Below are positions 29,300 to 41,467 of a stretch of 64,000 bases of DNA, one piece after another. This stretch comes from Oscillospiraceae bacterium (GTDB lineage: Bacteria > Bacillota > Clostridia > Oscillospirales > CAG-272). Where the stretch lies: contig SVSH01000006.1 in the NCBI GenBank assembly GCA_015064395.1, positions 14,114 to 78,113 on the forward strand, in the 5' to 3' direction. The notes under the pieces are model-generated. The model was not told where the DNA came from, did no database searches, and worked only from the letters and a program-made list of their open reading frames with translations. Position numbers and translations under genes: made by a program. How positions within the stretch are numbered: position 1 is the first letter of the stretch; every line of letters starts with the position of its first letter.

Positions 29300-29992
29300 T
29301 CATTTTGCGCCTTCACCACGGAATACCACTCTCACCGTTGCAAACATGATCTTGATATCCAGCCAAAGAGACCTTGTTTTTATGTATTGGACATCGTAAA
29401 CGATCTTTTCTTCCGGCTTGAGATGGTAGCCTCCACTCACCTGAGCCAACCCGGTCAACCCCGGCTTAACCTTCAGGCGTTGACGGAATCCGTGAATATA
29501 CTTTTCAAATTCATCGTAAAAAATCTCGCGTTCCGGTCTGGGCCCAACCAAGCTCATGTCTCCTTTTAGGATACACCATAGCTGTGGCAGCTCATCCAGG
29601 CGCGTTCTGCGCAAAAACCGACCAAGTCGGGTGATACGCGTATCGTTGTCTCCAGCGGACCACTGCGCACCGTTTTTCTCAGCGTCAGCGCACATGGTGC
29701 GAAATTTAACAACTTTAATTTTCTTGCCGTCGAGGCCAAGACGCTCCTGACAGTAGAAGGCACCTCCTCGCGACGTACAAACAATCAAAAGAGCAATGAC
29801 CAGCATTGGCAACAAAGCGATCAACAAAGCAACCAACGAAAGGGTAATATCCATCACGCGCTTGAAAAATGCATACATCCGTCGTGGCTTCAGCTCGCCA
29901 AGAGCTTCGACTTGGTGTTCTTCACACACGTCAAAGGGTAATATCACATCCGTCTTGACTTCCGGATCCATTTGCGTTGTCGTCAATGCCAT
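29300..29992 (-). CDS. Priming undecaprenyl-phosphate sugar-phosphate transferase (small bacterial sugar transferase, PF02397)
   Basis: KRVMDITLSLVALLIALLPMLVIALLI...KFRTM...RLDELPQLWCILKGDMSLVGPRPE. The start ATG 29992 is tentative; the track ORF begins at 30052. Confidence 0.85.
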   Translation of the reverse strand: MALTTTQMDPEVKTDVILPFDVCEEHQVEALGELKPRRMYAFFKRVMDITLSLVALLIALLPMLVIALLIVCTSRGGAFYCQERLGLDGKKIKVVKFRTMCADAEKNGAQWSAGDNDTRITRLGRFLRRTRLDELPQLWCILKGDMSLVGPRPEREIFYDEFEKYIHGFRQRLKVKPGLTGLAQVSGGYHLKPEEKIVYDVQYIKTRSLWLDIKIMFATVRVVFRGEGAK

Positions 29993-30027
29993 CCTCACAC
30001 CTTTCTTTGATTTTTGCAATATCGTGC

Positions 30028-30993
30028 TTATTTCTTCTCCCGGCAGAAGCACTCAATGACGACCTCCATCAGCGAGTTTTCATCCGGATAAAATTCCAAA
30101 TACTTCTGACCCATGGCCGACTCACCCTCGATCTCCAGGATGCCGCCAAGCTCGTGCTGAGCCAGGCGATCGAGCAAGCTCTCCAGCTTATTACCCGAAC
30201 AATCCGAGACCATATAATTGGAAATCTTCAACGCAGCGCGAGAAAGAAAATCCTCATCGTCCGCGGCCACAGCACGCGTCTGGGCATGAAGTGCTTCCAT
30301 ATATTGCTTCTGACGCTTCATACGAGCGCTATTGGTGGGATCCTCCATACCGTGTCTGGCACGGATGTAGGTCAGAGCCTGCTCTCCCTTCAGGGTGACA
30401 GTCTCGCCCTTGACCAGCGTCGCATCCACGTGGGTGAAGTCATCCAGCACCTCAAGCGTCACACCGCCCAACGTATCGTTATAGATCGAAACTGCCTCCA
30501 TGGTCACGGAAACGTAATGATCGATCTTAACGCCCTTGAGCAGTCCCGATACCGCATTTGCCACGTTTCGGCAGCTGACCTCGCGGCCGTTTCCGTACGT
30601 GTGTGCCAGGGCAAGCTGCTGCGTAATCGTGCCCACCTTATCACCCGCTACGCCAAGCACGTTCATCTCCGCCATCGTGTCGCGATTGATCGGAATGGCT
30701 CGGCAGGTTTCATTGGTACGGTCGATCACTACGAGCAACAGAAAATCCGCTTGCTTGTCGTTGTTGTAGGAAGCGTCCTCGTCGCTCTTGAAGGCGTCAA
30801 GGCCCAGGATCAAGATCGTCTCGATGTCCTCTCGGAATTCATATTCCTTGCCTTGGTACGTCAGCGTATTCTGCGTCGTGCCGTCCTGGCCGGAGAATTG
30901 ATTGTTCCGTTTTTCCCAGAGCGCCACGCCAAGAATAATCGCCAAAACCAGCACGGCGGCGATGACCACAACGATGATCTTTTTTCGATTCAT
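30028..30993 (-). CDS. LytR-CpsA-Psr (LCP) family glycopolymer ligase
   Basis: Start at MNRKKIIVVVIAAVLVLAI (ATG 30993), with one TM helix. Followed by ILILGLDAF...ADFLLLVVIDRTNETCRAIPINRDT. Confidence 0.85.
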   Translation of the reverse strand: MNRKKIIVVVIAAVLVLAIILGVALWEKRNNQFSGQDGTTQNTLTYQGKEYEFREDIETILILGLDAFKSDEDASYNNDKQADFLLLVVIDRTNETCRAIPINRDTMAEMNVLGVAGDKVGTITQQLALAHTYGNGREVSCRNVANAVSGLLKGVKIDHYVSVTMEAVSIYNDTLGGVTLEVLDDFTHVDATLVKGETVTLKGEQALTYIRARHGMEDPTNSARMKRQKQYMEALHAQTRAVAADDEDFLSRAALKISNYMVSDCSGNKLESLLDRLAQHELGGILEIEGESAMGQKYLEFYPDENSLMEVVIECFCREKK

Positions 30994-31025
30994 TGCGATC
31001 CCTTCGTGTTTGCCGTTCGGGCCGG

Positions 31026-31730
31026 TCATGCAGCAGCGACTTCCTTCTTGTTCTTCTTGTAGATCACGTAAGCGACCACAGCGCCTGCGATAAGAACAAC
31101 CAGAACGATGATCAGGACGATCCACCAGGTATTGTTGGGAGCAGGATCGTCATTGCCACCAAGGATGGGGGCGCCGGTTCCGTTGTCAACAACGAGTGCA
31201 AAGGGAGAGAAGTCGGTGGCATGGAAGGTAACCGTGTTCTTCTCTTCATCCACGCTCTGCATATCAGCGATCTCCCATGCGGTGCCGTTAAAGTGGAGAA
31301 TGCCAACCAGCTGAGCGGCGTTAGAGACCTTCAGCGTGATGGTAAAGCCGCCGTGATCGTCGTGCGTTGCACAATGGGTCGTGTCGATGTCAAACAGATC
31401 GCTGACAGAGAGCTGCGTCGTATTGCAGTTGAGCTTCTGTGCCAGCTGAGAAAGAATCGTCTTGAAGGGATTGTCCGAGGTGTGATGTACGATCTCGTTG
31501 TATGCCTCCTCAAGGGCTACGCAATCTTCTTCGCTGAGGTTTGCTCTGTTAGCATAAGCGGTGATAATAACCTCTGCCGTGCAGTCTTCGGAATCGGGAA
31601 CTGCACTGTCCAGTTCAGGAGCAGGGTTCGTGGAAGGACTGGAGACGAAAGCGCCTTGAGCTGCCAGGGCAGGAACCGCCAGGACAACCACCATCAACAG
31701 TGCAACACAGAGAGCCAATACTTTTTTCAT
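31026..31730 (-). CDS. Hypothetical secreted protein with C-terminal TM anchor
   Basis: Signal peptide MKKVLALCVALLMVVVLAVPALA/AQG. The C-terminus reads FSPFALVV...WWIVLIIVLVVLIAGAVVAYVIYKKNKK. I recognise no family. Confidence 0.6.
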   Translation of the reverse strand: MKKVLALCVALLMVVVLAVPALAAQGAFVSSPSTNPAPELDSAVPDSEDCTAEVIITAYANRANLSEEDCVALEEAYNEIVHHTSDNPFKTILSQLAQKLNCNTTQLSVSDLFDIDTTHCATHDDHGGFTITLKVSNAAQLVGILHFNGTAWEIADMQSVDEEKNTVTFHATDFSPFALVVDNGTGAPILGGNDDPAPNNTWWIVLIIVLVVLIAGAVVAYVIYKKNKKEVAAA

Positions 31731-31771
31731 GATAAATACTTCCTTTCGGTGATAAAAATAGAATATTATAA

Positions 31772-32473
31772 TTAATTTTCTTTACTGTGTAGAAGCAACT
31801 CGCGCTCATACTCGATCATCGCGGTTGCAAAGGGCTTGCCAAGCTTTTTTTCTATGAGTGAAAAAGCCTCGGCGGCGTTAGGGGGACGGTCGGTCAGATT
31901 GTGGCAATCCGAGCCGATGAAGTGGATCTGACCCTTGCGGATCATGTTCATCGCTTGGCGCCGCCCGCGCCATCCGGTCAAAAAGCTAGAATTTGCCTGA
32001 AAGAGAACGCCACTCTCCAGCAGTCTTGCTGCAACTCCCTTCTTTTGAAGGAACAAATACCGTTCCACGTGAGCAAGCACGGGAGTGATCCGGCCTTGGC
32101 AAGCAATATCGATCACTTCCTTGACCGCATATTCCGTCCATGGACGGAACGGCATCTCAAGCAGCAACAGCCGACTGTTCCGAATGCGTAGCTTGTTCAG
32201 ATCCGGCATCCGGCTGATGCCCTCGTAATATCTTACCTCTGCGCCAAGGACAATGTCCGGTCCGCCCTCGGGACGCTCCTCCAAGGATCGTAGGGCGGCT
32301 TCTCGCCGAGCGAGAAAGTCATCCACCGACTCGTCGTTGGCGTAAAAGTGCGGGGTGGCCACAACCGTTTCAATGCCCTGCCCCTGCATGCGCTCCAGCA
32401 TTTGCATGCTTTCGTCCACGCCCTGGCTACCATCATCGACGCCGGGTAAGATGTGGGTATGAAAATCAAGCAT
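31772..32473 (-). CDS. cpsB: PHP-family capsular tyrosine-protein phosphatase (CpsB/Wzh/YwqE type)
   Basis: MLDFHTHILPGVDDGSQGVDESMQML...VVATPHFY...IGSDCH. Confidence 0.9.
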   Translation of the reverse strand: MLDFHTHILPGVDDGSQGVDESMQMLERMQGQGIETVVATPHFYANDESVDDFLARREAALRSLEERPEGGPDIVLGAEVRYYEGISRMPDLNKLRIRNSRLLLLEMPFRPWTEYAVKEVIDIACQGRITPVLAHVERYLFLQKKGVAARLLESGVLFQANSSFLTGWRGRRQAMNMIRKGQIHFIGSDCHNLTDRPPNAAEAFSLIEKKLGKPFATAMIEYERELLLHSKEN

Positions 32474-32487
32474 TCATACGTCCCCCC

Positions 32488-33261
32488 TTACTTTTTTTCA
32501 GGAGTTTCGTAGGTGCTGTAGTGCTTGTAGTAGCGGTAATATCTCTTGTACTTGTATCTGCTGTAATAGCCCCTGTCGCTCGTCGTCTCGTTCATGACAC
32601 AGCCAAGGACGTTGACGTTGGATAGACGCAACTGTCTGAAGCAGGTTGCAAGCTCCTTCTTTTCAGTATATTCCTGGCGAATGACCACGATCATACCCGT
32701 GATATATTTGGACACGGCCAAGGCATCCGAAACCAGGTTAACGGGCGGCAAGTCGATTATGATATAATCAAAATGGGCCGAAAGTTCCCTGAGAGCATCT
32801 CCCATGCGCTTGGAGCCCAACAGCTCCGAGGGGTTGGGCGGTAACATACCCGAAGGCATGATATACCATTTATCGTGGTAGGGAGATTTCAGCGACTCCA
32901 GATTCAGCGGCGCTTCTCTGCGAAGCAGGTCGGTCAGTCCGTAGGGGCTTTCGATCAGCATCTTTTTCGCGACCGTCGGGATACGAAGGTCACCGTCCAC
33001 CAGCAGCACCTTTTTGCCGCTTTCTGCCAGCACGTAGGACAGGTTGATGGCCGTCGTACTCTTACCCTCACCTCGCATCGAGCTCGTCACGCCGATGATG
33101 TTGCAGCCCTCGTTCTCGGGGAGTGCAAAGGAAAGGTTGGTACGAAGCAGCTTGTACTGCTCGGTCGCGGTAAACTCCAAATTCTTGTGCAGCGTTTTCT
33201 GGCTGTCCGTTACAGAGAAGAGACCGTGTTTTTCATGTTTCTTTTTCGTGTTCAAAGCCAT
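32488..33261 (-). CDS. cpsD: BY-kinase cytoplasmic ATPase (CpsD/Wze type)
   Basis: Walker A VTSSMRGEGKSTT, Walker A' VLLVDGDLRIP, and a C-terminal Tyr cluster YYSRYKYKRYYRYYKHYSTY. Confidence 0.9.
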   Translation of the reverse strand: MALNTKKKHEKHGLFSVTDSQKTLHKNLEFTATEQYKLLRTNLSFALPENEGCNIIGVTSSMRGEGKSTTAINLSYVLAESGKKVLLVDGDLRIPTVAKKMLIESPYGLTDLLRREAPLNLESLKSPYHDKWYIMPSGMLPPNPSELLGSKRMGDALRELSAHFDYIIIDLPPVNLVSDALAVSKYITGMIVVIRQEYTEKKELATCFRQLRLSNVNVLGCVMNETTSDRGYYSRYKYKRYYRYYKHYSTYETPEKK

Positions 33262-33276
33262 TGCTATCCCTCCCCC

Positions 33277-34038
33277 TTATTTATTATGCTTTTTGTAGCT
33301 GTAGTAGTATCCGTACTTCTTGGTTCCGCCATCCAACAGGTTAGGAACCTTGGCAAGGATGGGATAGTTATACGTTTTGATGACGTATTCCTCATCGTGT
33401 ACCGTGTTATCCATCAGAGCCGAGATGACAATAATCATCGCCGCCAGGATCGCACCTACGATAAACCCGACGATGGTATAGGCCGTGATACTGGGCGCTA
33501 CCTTCTCGGTGTTCACGATCGCCGAATCAACGACCTCCATCGAGGAGCCCTCGATGATCTCCGCGATACGCTGAGGCAGGACCTTCGCGATACCGTTGGC
33601 GATCTTCTCGGCCTCGTACGGATCCGTGCAGGTGACGGTCACCTGCATGACCTCCGTCTCGTTGACGGGCGAGGACTCGATCATATCGTATATGTCTTCC
33701 CAGGTATAATCAACTCCGGTCTCATCAATGATACGCTCCAGTGTCGTTCGGTTCTTCAGGAGCACCGTATAGGTCTTGGCCAGGTTCTGCGCCGCCGTCA
33801 GTTCCGACGAGCTGATGCTGAATCCCAGGTCTCCTACGTTGAACGAGCTGTTGTTTACGTACAGCATGATGGAGGAGGAATAGGTCGGGGCGATCATGAA
33901 AGCTGCCAGGGAGAACCCAAGCGCTGCCACAATAATGCTGACCAGGGCGACCACCCAAACGTTTCTCCAGACGACTTTGATCACATGGGATAGGTCGACC
34001 ACATAATAGTCATTCGCATTTCTTTCTGTCTTGTCCAT
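33277..34038 (-). CDS. cpsC: Chain-length determinant / BY-kinase transmembrane adaptor (CpsC/Wzd, Wzz family)
   Basis: Start at MDKTERNANDYYVVDLSHVIKVVWRN (ATG 34038). Two TM helices flank a periplasm-like loop. The C-terminal tail is KKYGYYYSYKKHNK. Confidence 0.85.
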   Translation of the reverse strand: MDKTERNANDYYVVDLSHVIKVVWRNVWVVALVSIIVAALGFSLAAFMIAPTYSSSIMLYVNNSSFNVGDLGFSISSSELTAAQNLAKTYTVLLKNRTTLERIIDETGVDYTWEDIYDMIESSPVNETEVMQVTVTCTDPYEAEKIANGIAKVLPQRIAEIIEGSSMEVVDSAIVNTEKVAPSITAYTIVGFIVGAILAAMIIVISALMDNTVHDEEYVIKTYNYPILAKVPNLLDGGTKKYGYYYSYKKHNK

Positions 34039-34243
34039 GAATACTCTTTTCACTCGGTTGGAGGGGAGAAAGATAACCAAATGCCCAACCGTCCGCATCT
34101 GTCATCCTGTGTGATGTTTCATCTCGGCTCATTTGCGTTCACACACCCACACACGAGCCATTTCTTTCCATAAATGGAGCCCTTTAGGAGATATTCAACC
34201 TTCAACAAGGCATAGCTAGCCCATAGTACTCCATGCTAGTTTC

Positions 34244-34272
34244 ATTATAGCACATCAAGCCCGATTATGCAA
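34244..34272 (-). promoter_or_regulatory. Sigma-A-type promoter for the EPS locus
   Basis: Minus strand reads TTGCAT-17 nt-TATAAT with an upstream TGc (extended -10). It lies ~200 nt upstream of cpsC. Confidence 0.55.
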
Positions 34273-34460
34273 GTATTTGAGGAAAATTTATTAAAAAAAT
34301 TGTCGTTTTTTATCACTCAAAAAATAACCAAAAAAACCTATATTTTGCAAGGGCTTTTGTCACTTTTTTATATTTGCATTCACCCCCCCCCGACCACCCA
34401 ATCAGGTGATTTTATTTTGTCCTTTTTCAACCCCGTTTTTCTTGCTCGATATTGCCCCGG

Positions 34461-34484
34461 AAAAGAAAAGCGAGCCCCCTCGCC
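34461..34484 (-). terminator. Short intrinsic terminator after atpC
   Basis: Minus strand reads GCGAG-GGGG-CTCGC followed by TTTTCTTTT. Confidence 0.45.
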
Positions 34485-34517
34485 AAAGCAGCGAGAGAGC
34501 TCGTCATTTTTATGGGA

Positions 34518-36214
<1,697 letters not shown>

Positions 36215-36223
36215 CTACCTCCT

Positions 36224-37030
36224 TTACTGCCCGCTACCCGCGACGATCTCGGTGATCTCCTGGGTGATCGCACTCTGTCTTGCGCGGTTGTACTCCAATT
36301 GCAAGCGGTCGATCATTTCCTGGGCATTCTTGCCCGCGCTGTCCATTGCAGTACGGCGGGCGGCGACCTCGCAAGCAAAGCTCTCGCGTGCCGCGCTGAT
36401 CAAAAGTCCTGCCACGTATTCGGGAACTGCCGCGTCGAGCACCGTCAATTCGTCCGGCTCATAGACCATGCCGCTCACCGCCGCCACGCTCTCGTCGGGC
36501 GCAAGGGGCAGCACCTGCTTCAATTCCACCTGTTGGGACATCATCGAATGATAGTGCGTGCCAAGAATGGCAATGCGGCTATACTTCCCCTCTCGGAAAT
36601 CGCGGCAAAGCTCGATGGAAAGCCCCAGAGCCTGGGAATAATCAAACCCCTCAGCCCGGCATAGCTCACCGCGATAGCGATCGCAGGCCCGCTTGCCGAT
36701 GGGAATCATATCCACGTCGGGATACTCCCTCATGGCGCGGAAAATATTGGCGTTATAGCCGCCGGCGAGTCCTCGGTCACCCGCGATCACGATCATGCAG
36801 GTCCGACCGCCCTCCGCGGACTTCATATAGGGACTATTCTGACATTCGGGGCTGGCAATCAAGGGCTCGATCGCTCCTCTTACGGCCGCCTCGTACTGTC
36901 TGCCCCGATACATCCCCTCCATGGCGCGGCGCATTTTGGAGGAGGCGACCAGTCCCATCGCACGGGTCAGATGCAGGGTGGAATCCACACTTTTGATGCG
37001 GTTTCTCAACCGTTTGGTATCCGCACCCAT
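36224..37030 (-). CDS. atpG: F1 ATP synthase gamma subunit
   Basis: LRNRIKSVDSTLHLTRAM N-terminus, C-terminal ITQEITEIVAGS, and operon position. Confidence 0.92.
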   Translation of the reverse strand: MGADTKRLRNRIKSVDSTLHLTRAMGLVASSKMRRAMEGMYRGRQYEAAVRGAIEPLIASPECQNSPYMKSAEGGRTCMIVIAGDRGLAGGYNANIFRAMREYPDVDMIPIGKRACDRYRGELCRAEGFDYSQALGLSIELCRDFREGKYSRIAILGTHYHSMMSQQVELKQVLPLAPDESVAAVSGMVYEPDELTVLDAAVPEYVAGLLISAARESFACEVAARRTAMDSAGKNAQEMIDRLQLEYNRARQSAITQEITEIVAGSGQ

Positions 37031-37033
37031 GCC

Positions 37034-38535
<1,502 letters not shown>

Positions 38536-38539
<4 letters not shown>

Positions 38540-39066
38540 TGGCTCATCACTTCCTTTACGTCACGCAAGCGGTAGCGCAGTGAGCCGTCCATGATCTTGC
38601 CGTCCATTTCGACGATCATGCCGCCCAAAAGCGAGGGGTCTACCCGACAGGACAGCTGTACCTGTCTTGCGCTCATTTTTTCCAGCTTTTGTATCAGTGC
38701 ACTCTTTTGGTCCTTCGTCAGCTCCACCGCGCTCGTCACGTCAGCAGTTACGACCGCTTGCCGAAGATGCAGCAGCGTCTTGTACTCCTCGACGCAGGAC
38801 GAAAAAGCGCCAATACGCCCCTTTTCGCACATCAGCTGCACAAGGGACAGGACGTGCTCGCAAACACGCGCGGCAAAAACACCGCCAAGGGAGGCCACGC
38901 GCTCATCGCGCGGGACGCTCGGCGAGACCAGAAAGTCCATGTATTCGGGATTGTCGGTAAATGCCTTTTGCACAAGCTCCAAGTCATGCATGACAGGCTC
39001 TTCCCTGCCGCACTCGCAGGCCAGCGCAAAGACGGCCTCGGCGTACTGCTTACTGATCTCTTTCAT
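38536..39066 (-). CDS. atpH: F1 ATP synthase delta (OSCP) subunit
   Basis: [14 protein letters not shown]-terminus and operon position. ATG 39066 (AGGTGA upstream) is preferred over GTG 39075. Confidence 0.85.
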
Positions 39067-39565
39067 CGCCGTCACCTATCTTGTCGATAAACGAATCGAT
39101 CAGGGCGCGGTGATCGTTCTCGTTGACCTCGCGCTCCAGCATTTTTTCCGCAATGGCAGAGGACACGTCAACGATCTCGCGCTTGATGCCCTCAGTCGCC
39201 TTTTTGCGTTCCAATTTTGCTTCGGTCTCGGCGCGCTCCACGATGCCCTGTGCACGGGTGTTGGCGTCCGTCAGGATCTGATCGGCACGGTATTTTGCCG
39301 TGTCAGTGGCCTCGGTGATGATGCGCTTGGCCTCATCGTCAGCCCCCCGCACCTTTCCCTCCCAGGTCGCACGATTCTCATCAGCCACGCGCTGAGCCTC
39401 GTCCGCCGCGGCATAGCGATGCGCGATCTCATTCTCGCGCTTTTCAAACACGACGCGAATGGGACCGAACAAAAACTTTTTAGCGAACCAGAAAATCAGC
39501 GCCAGATTGGCCAGAGAGATCAGAATATGCCAAATATTGACCGAAATAATGTCTAACGTTTGCAT
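39050..39565 (-). CDS. atpF: Fo ATP synthase b subunit
   Basis: One N-terminal TM helix followed by a long charged helix; operon position. Confidence 0.85.
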   Translation of the reverse strand: MQTLDIISVNIWHILISLANLALIFWFAKKFLFGPIRVVFEKRENEIAHRYAAADEAQRVADENRATWEGKVRGADDEAKRIITEATDTAKYRADQILTDANTRAQGIVERAETEAKLERKKATEGIKREIVDVSSAIAEKMLEREVNENDHRALIDSFIDKIGDGDERDQ

Positions 39566-39589
39566 ACGTTTCTCCGATTACGGCCGGTC

Positions 39590-39877
39590 TTACAGGCCGA
39601 TCGCGTTTTTCAGTGCGTTGACCATGGTAATGGGAGCAACAAAAATAAGCAAAATGGCGATGACCAATGCATAAATACCGGTCGTCTCGGAAATGGCACA
39701 ACCCATGATCATGGTAGAGGTGACAGCGCCCTTGCTCTCGGGCTGACGGCCGATGGCTTCGCACGCCTTGGAAACGGCATTACCTTCACCGATACCGGGG
39801 CCGATAGCACCAATACCCATACAAATGCCGGCACCCAGTGCACAGCAGCCCAGAATGATACCAATTGCGAGTTCCAT
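39590..39877 (-). CDS. atpE: Fo ATP synthase c subunit (proteolipid) with Na+-type ion-site residues
   Basis: GPGIGEG...GRQPE...[17 protein letters not shown] hairpin. GGAGG RBS. Confidence 0.93.
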   Translation of the reverse strand: MELAIGIILGCCALGAGICMGIGAIGPGIGEGNAVSKACEAIGRQPESKGAVTSTMIMGCAISETTGIYALVIAILLIFVAPITMVNALKNAIGL

Positions 39878-40115
39878 AATAAAATTCCTCCTGAAAATGT
39901 TGTATATTTTAATTTTTTATTTTCACACATAGAAGTTTTGGTCAAGCTTTTTCAAAAGCTTGCGCGGTGGAGGGCGCGTAGCCCTCCTCGCACTCCGCAG
40001 AGCGCGAAATTCTCCTCGGCGTTTTCTTTTTGTGACTGAGCTTGCGAAGTCGGTTTTCTTTTGCGCCTCTTGTGCCAAAAGAAAAAGTGGGCAAATCTTT
40101 TTGCGATTGCTCGGA

Positions 40116-41027
40116 TCAAACCTCTTGCGCCGCCTTTTGTGCCTTCTTTTCCATCTTTCTGCGCTTTCTTTCCTCGAACAGATCCCGCGGGAAGGCGCCC
40201 GAAATGTTGAGCATGGTCAGCATGGCAAAGATATACGCCTGCATGCAACCGCTGAAAATGTCAAAATACATGGACAGCACCGCGGGAATACCAATGCGGA
40301 GCAAGGGGAAATCTCCCAGAACGCCGGGCAACCAGCCGAGCACCAGATTGGACAGCCCCGCCAGCGCACTGGCGATCAGCACGGCAATGACCGAGCCTGA
40401 CAGCACGTTTCCGTAGTGACGGAAGGCCATCGAAACAGGGGTCGCCACCTCGCCGAGAATGTTCAAGGGAAGCATGACGGCAATGGGCTCGGTAAAGCTC
40501 TTGGCGTAGTTGAGAAAACCGCCCTTGAGCTTATAGTACGTGATCAGGATAAACACCAAAACAGCCCATCCGGCCACGATATTAACGTCTGACGTGGGCG
40601 CAAACAGGCCCAACAGCGAAAGCAAGCTCGACAAAGCAGACAGCGCCAAAATGGCGGCAATAAAGGGTGGGAAGGCGGTAAAATAGTCGCCCATGCTCTC
40701 CTTGACCATGCCGTCCAGCTTTTCCACGATCCACTCTGCCAGTTGCTGTCGACGGGTAGTCACCCCTGCTCTCACGCCATGCGTCAGATACAGGCAAATG
40801 CCCAAAATGGTAAGCACCACCAAGGCGGAATTGACCTGTGCCTCCGAAATGGGGAGGTTCTGCAGAGGCATCGGGATGGTAAAGTAGACCTGCGCACCCG
40901 TGATGGAAATGCCCTCGCTCGGGGGCGTGAACAGGATCTTGAGCACCATTCCTGCCACCAAGGGAAGCACCATCAAAAGGATCAACAGTACGTCCACCGC
41001 GACGAAACGCCGCGTTTTATTGTTCAT
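40116..41027 (-). CDS. atpB: Fo ATP synthase a subunit with basic C-terminal tail
   Basis: Polytopic. MAFRHYGNVLSGSVI carries the essential Arg. ATG 41027 (GGAGG 6 nt upstream) is preferred over TTG 41063. Confidence 0.88.
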   Translation of the reverse strand: MNNKTRRFVAVDVLLILLMVLPLVAGMVLKILFTPPSEGISITGAQVYFTIPMPLQNLPISEAQVNSALVVLTILGICLYLTHGVRAGVTTRRQQLAEWIVEKLDGMVKESMGDYFTAFPPFIAAILALSALSSLLSLLGLFAPTSDVNIVAGWAVLVFILITYYKLKGGFLNYAKSFTEPIAVMLPLNILGEVATPVSMAFRHYGNVLSGSVIAVLIASALAGLSNLVLGWLPGVLGDFPLLRIGIPAVLSMYFDIFSGCMQAYIFAMLTMLNISGAFPRDLFEERKRRKMEKKAQKAAQEV

Positions 41028-41427
41028 GCTCTCCCTCCTCTGTCTGATCTTTTTTGTTGCCAATCATACGAAGCGCGATGGCGATGCGGGGAAACAACAG
41101 CGGAACCAGCGCCGCCACCATATGGAAGACGGGTACCGTCACGCCGATCACAGCCACGCAAAACAAAAACAGCATGCGAACCGTATTCGACAGCTTCATG
41201 GTCTGCTTGGCGTCCTTTTCTTCCTTTTCCAGCGCCTTTTGCACCGTAAGGCCTATGCCAAAGTAGTTGAGAACAATGGCCGCATATCCGAGCAGATTGC
41301 CCAGGATCACGGTATAGTCCCACCTGCCGATCACCAGGAACACCGCCTGCATGATAGCGCTGAACACGAGCGACCACAGCGCAATATATTTGGTTTCCTT
41401 AAGCACAACCGGATCGATCGCTTGCAT
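41017..41427 (-). CDS. atpI: ATP synthase protein I (AtpI/AtpZ-like small membrane protein)
   Basis: 136 aa with four hydrophobic segments; first gene of the operon. Confidence 0.7.
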   Translation of the reverse strand: MQAIDPVVLKETKYIALWSLVFSAIMQAVFLVIGRWDYTVILGNLLGYAAIVLNYFGIGLTVQKALEKEEKDAKQTMKLSNTVRMLFLFCVAVIGVTVPVFHMVAALVPLLFPRIAIALRMIGNKKDQTEEGEHEQ

Positions 41428-41467
41428 CTTGTCACCTCGTAAGACTTATAAAATCACTATCCTGTTT

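Noticed and set aside
39952-40416. ORFs of 98-146 aa in and around the atpB-atpE spacer
   Set aside because: They overlap atpB out of frame or read through the hairpin insert, and they have no RBS or recognisable sequence.
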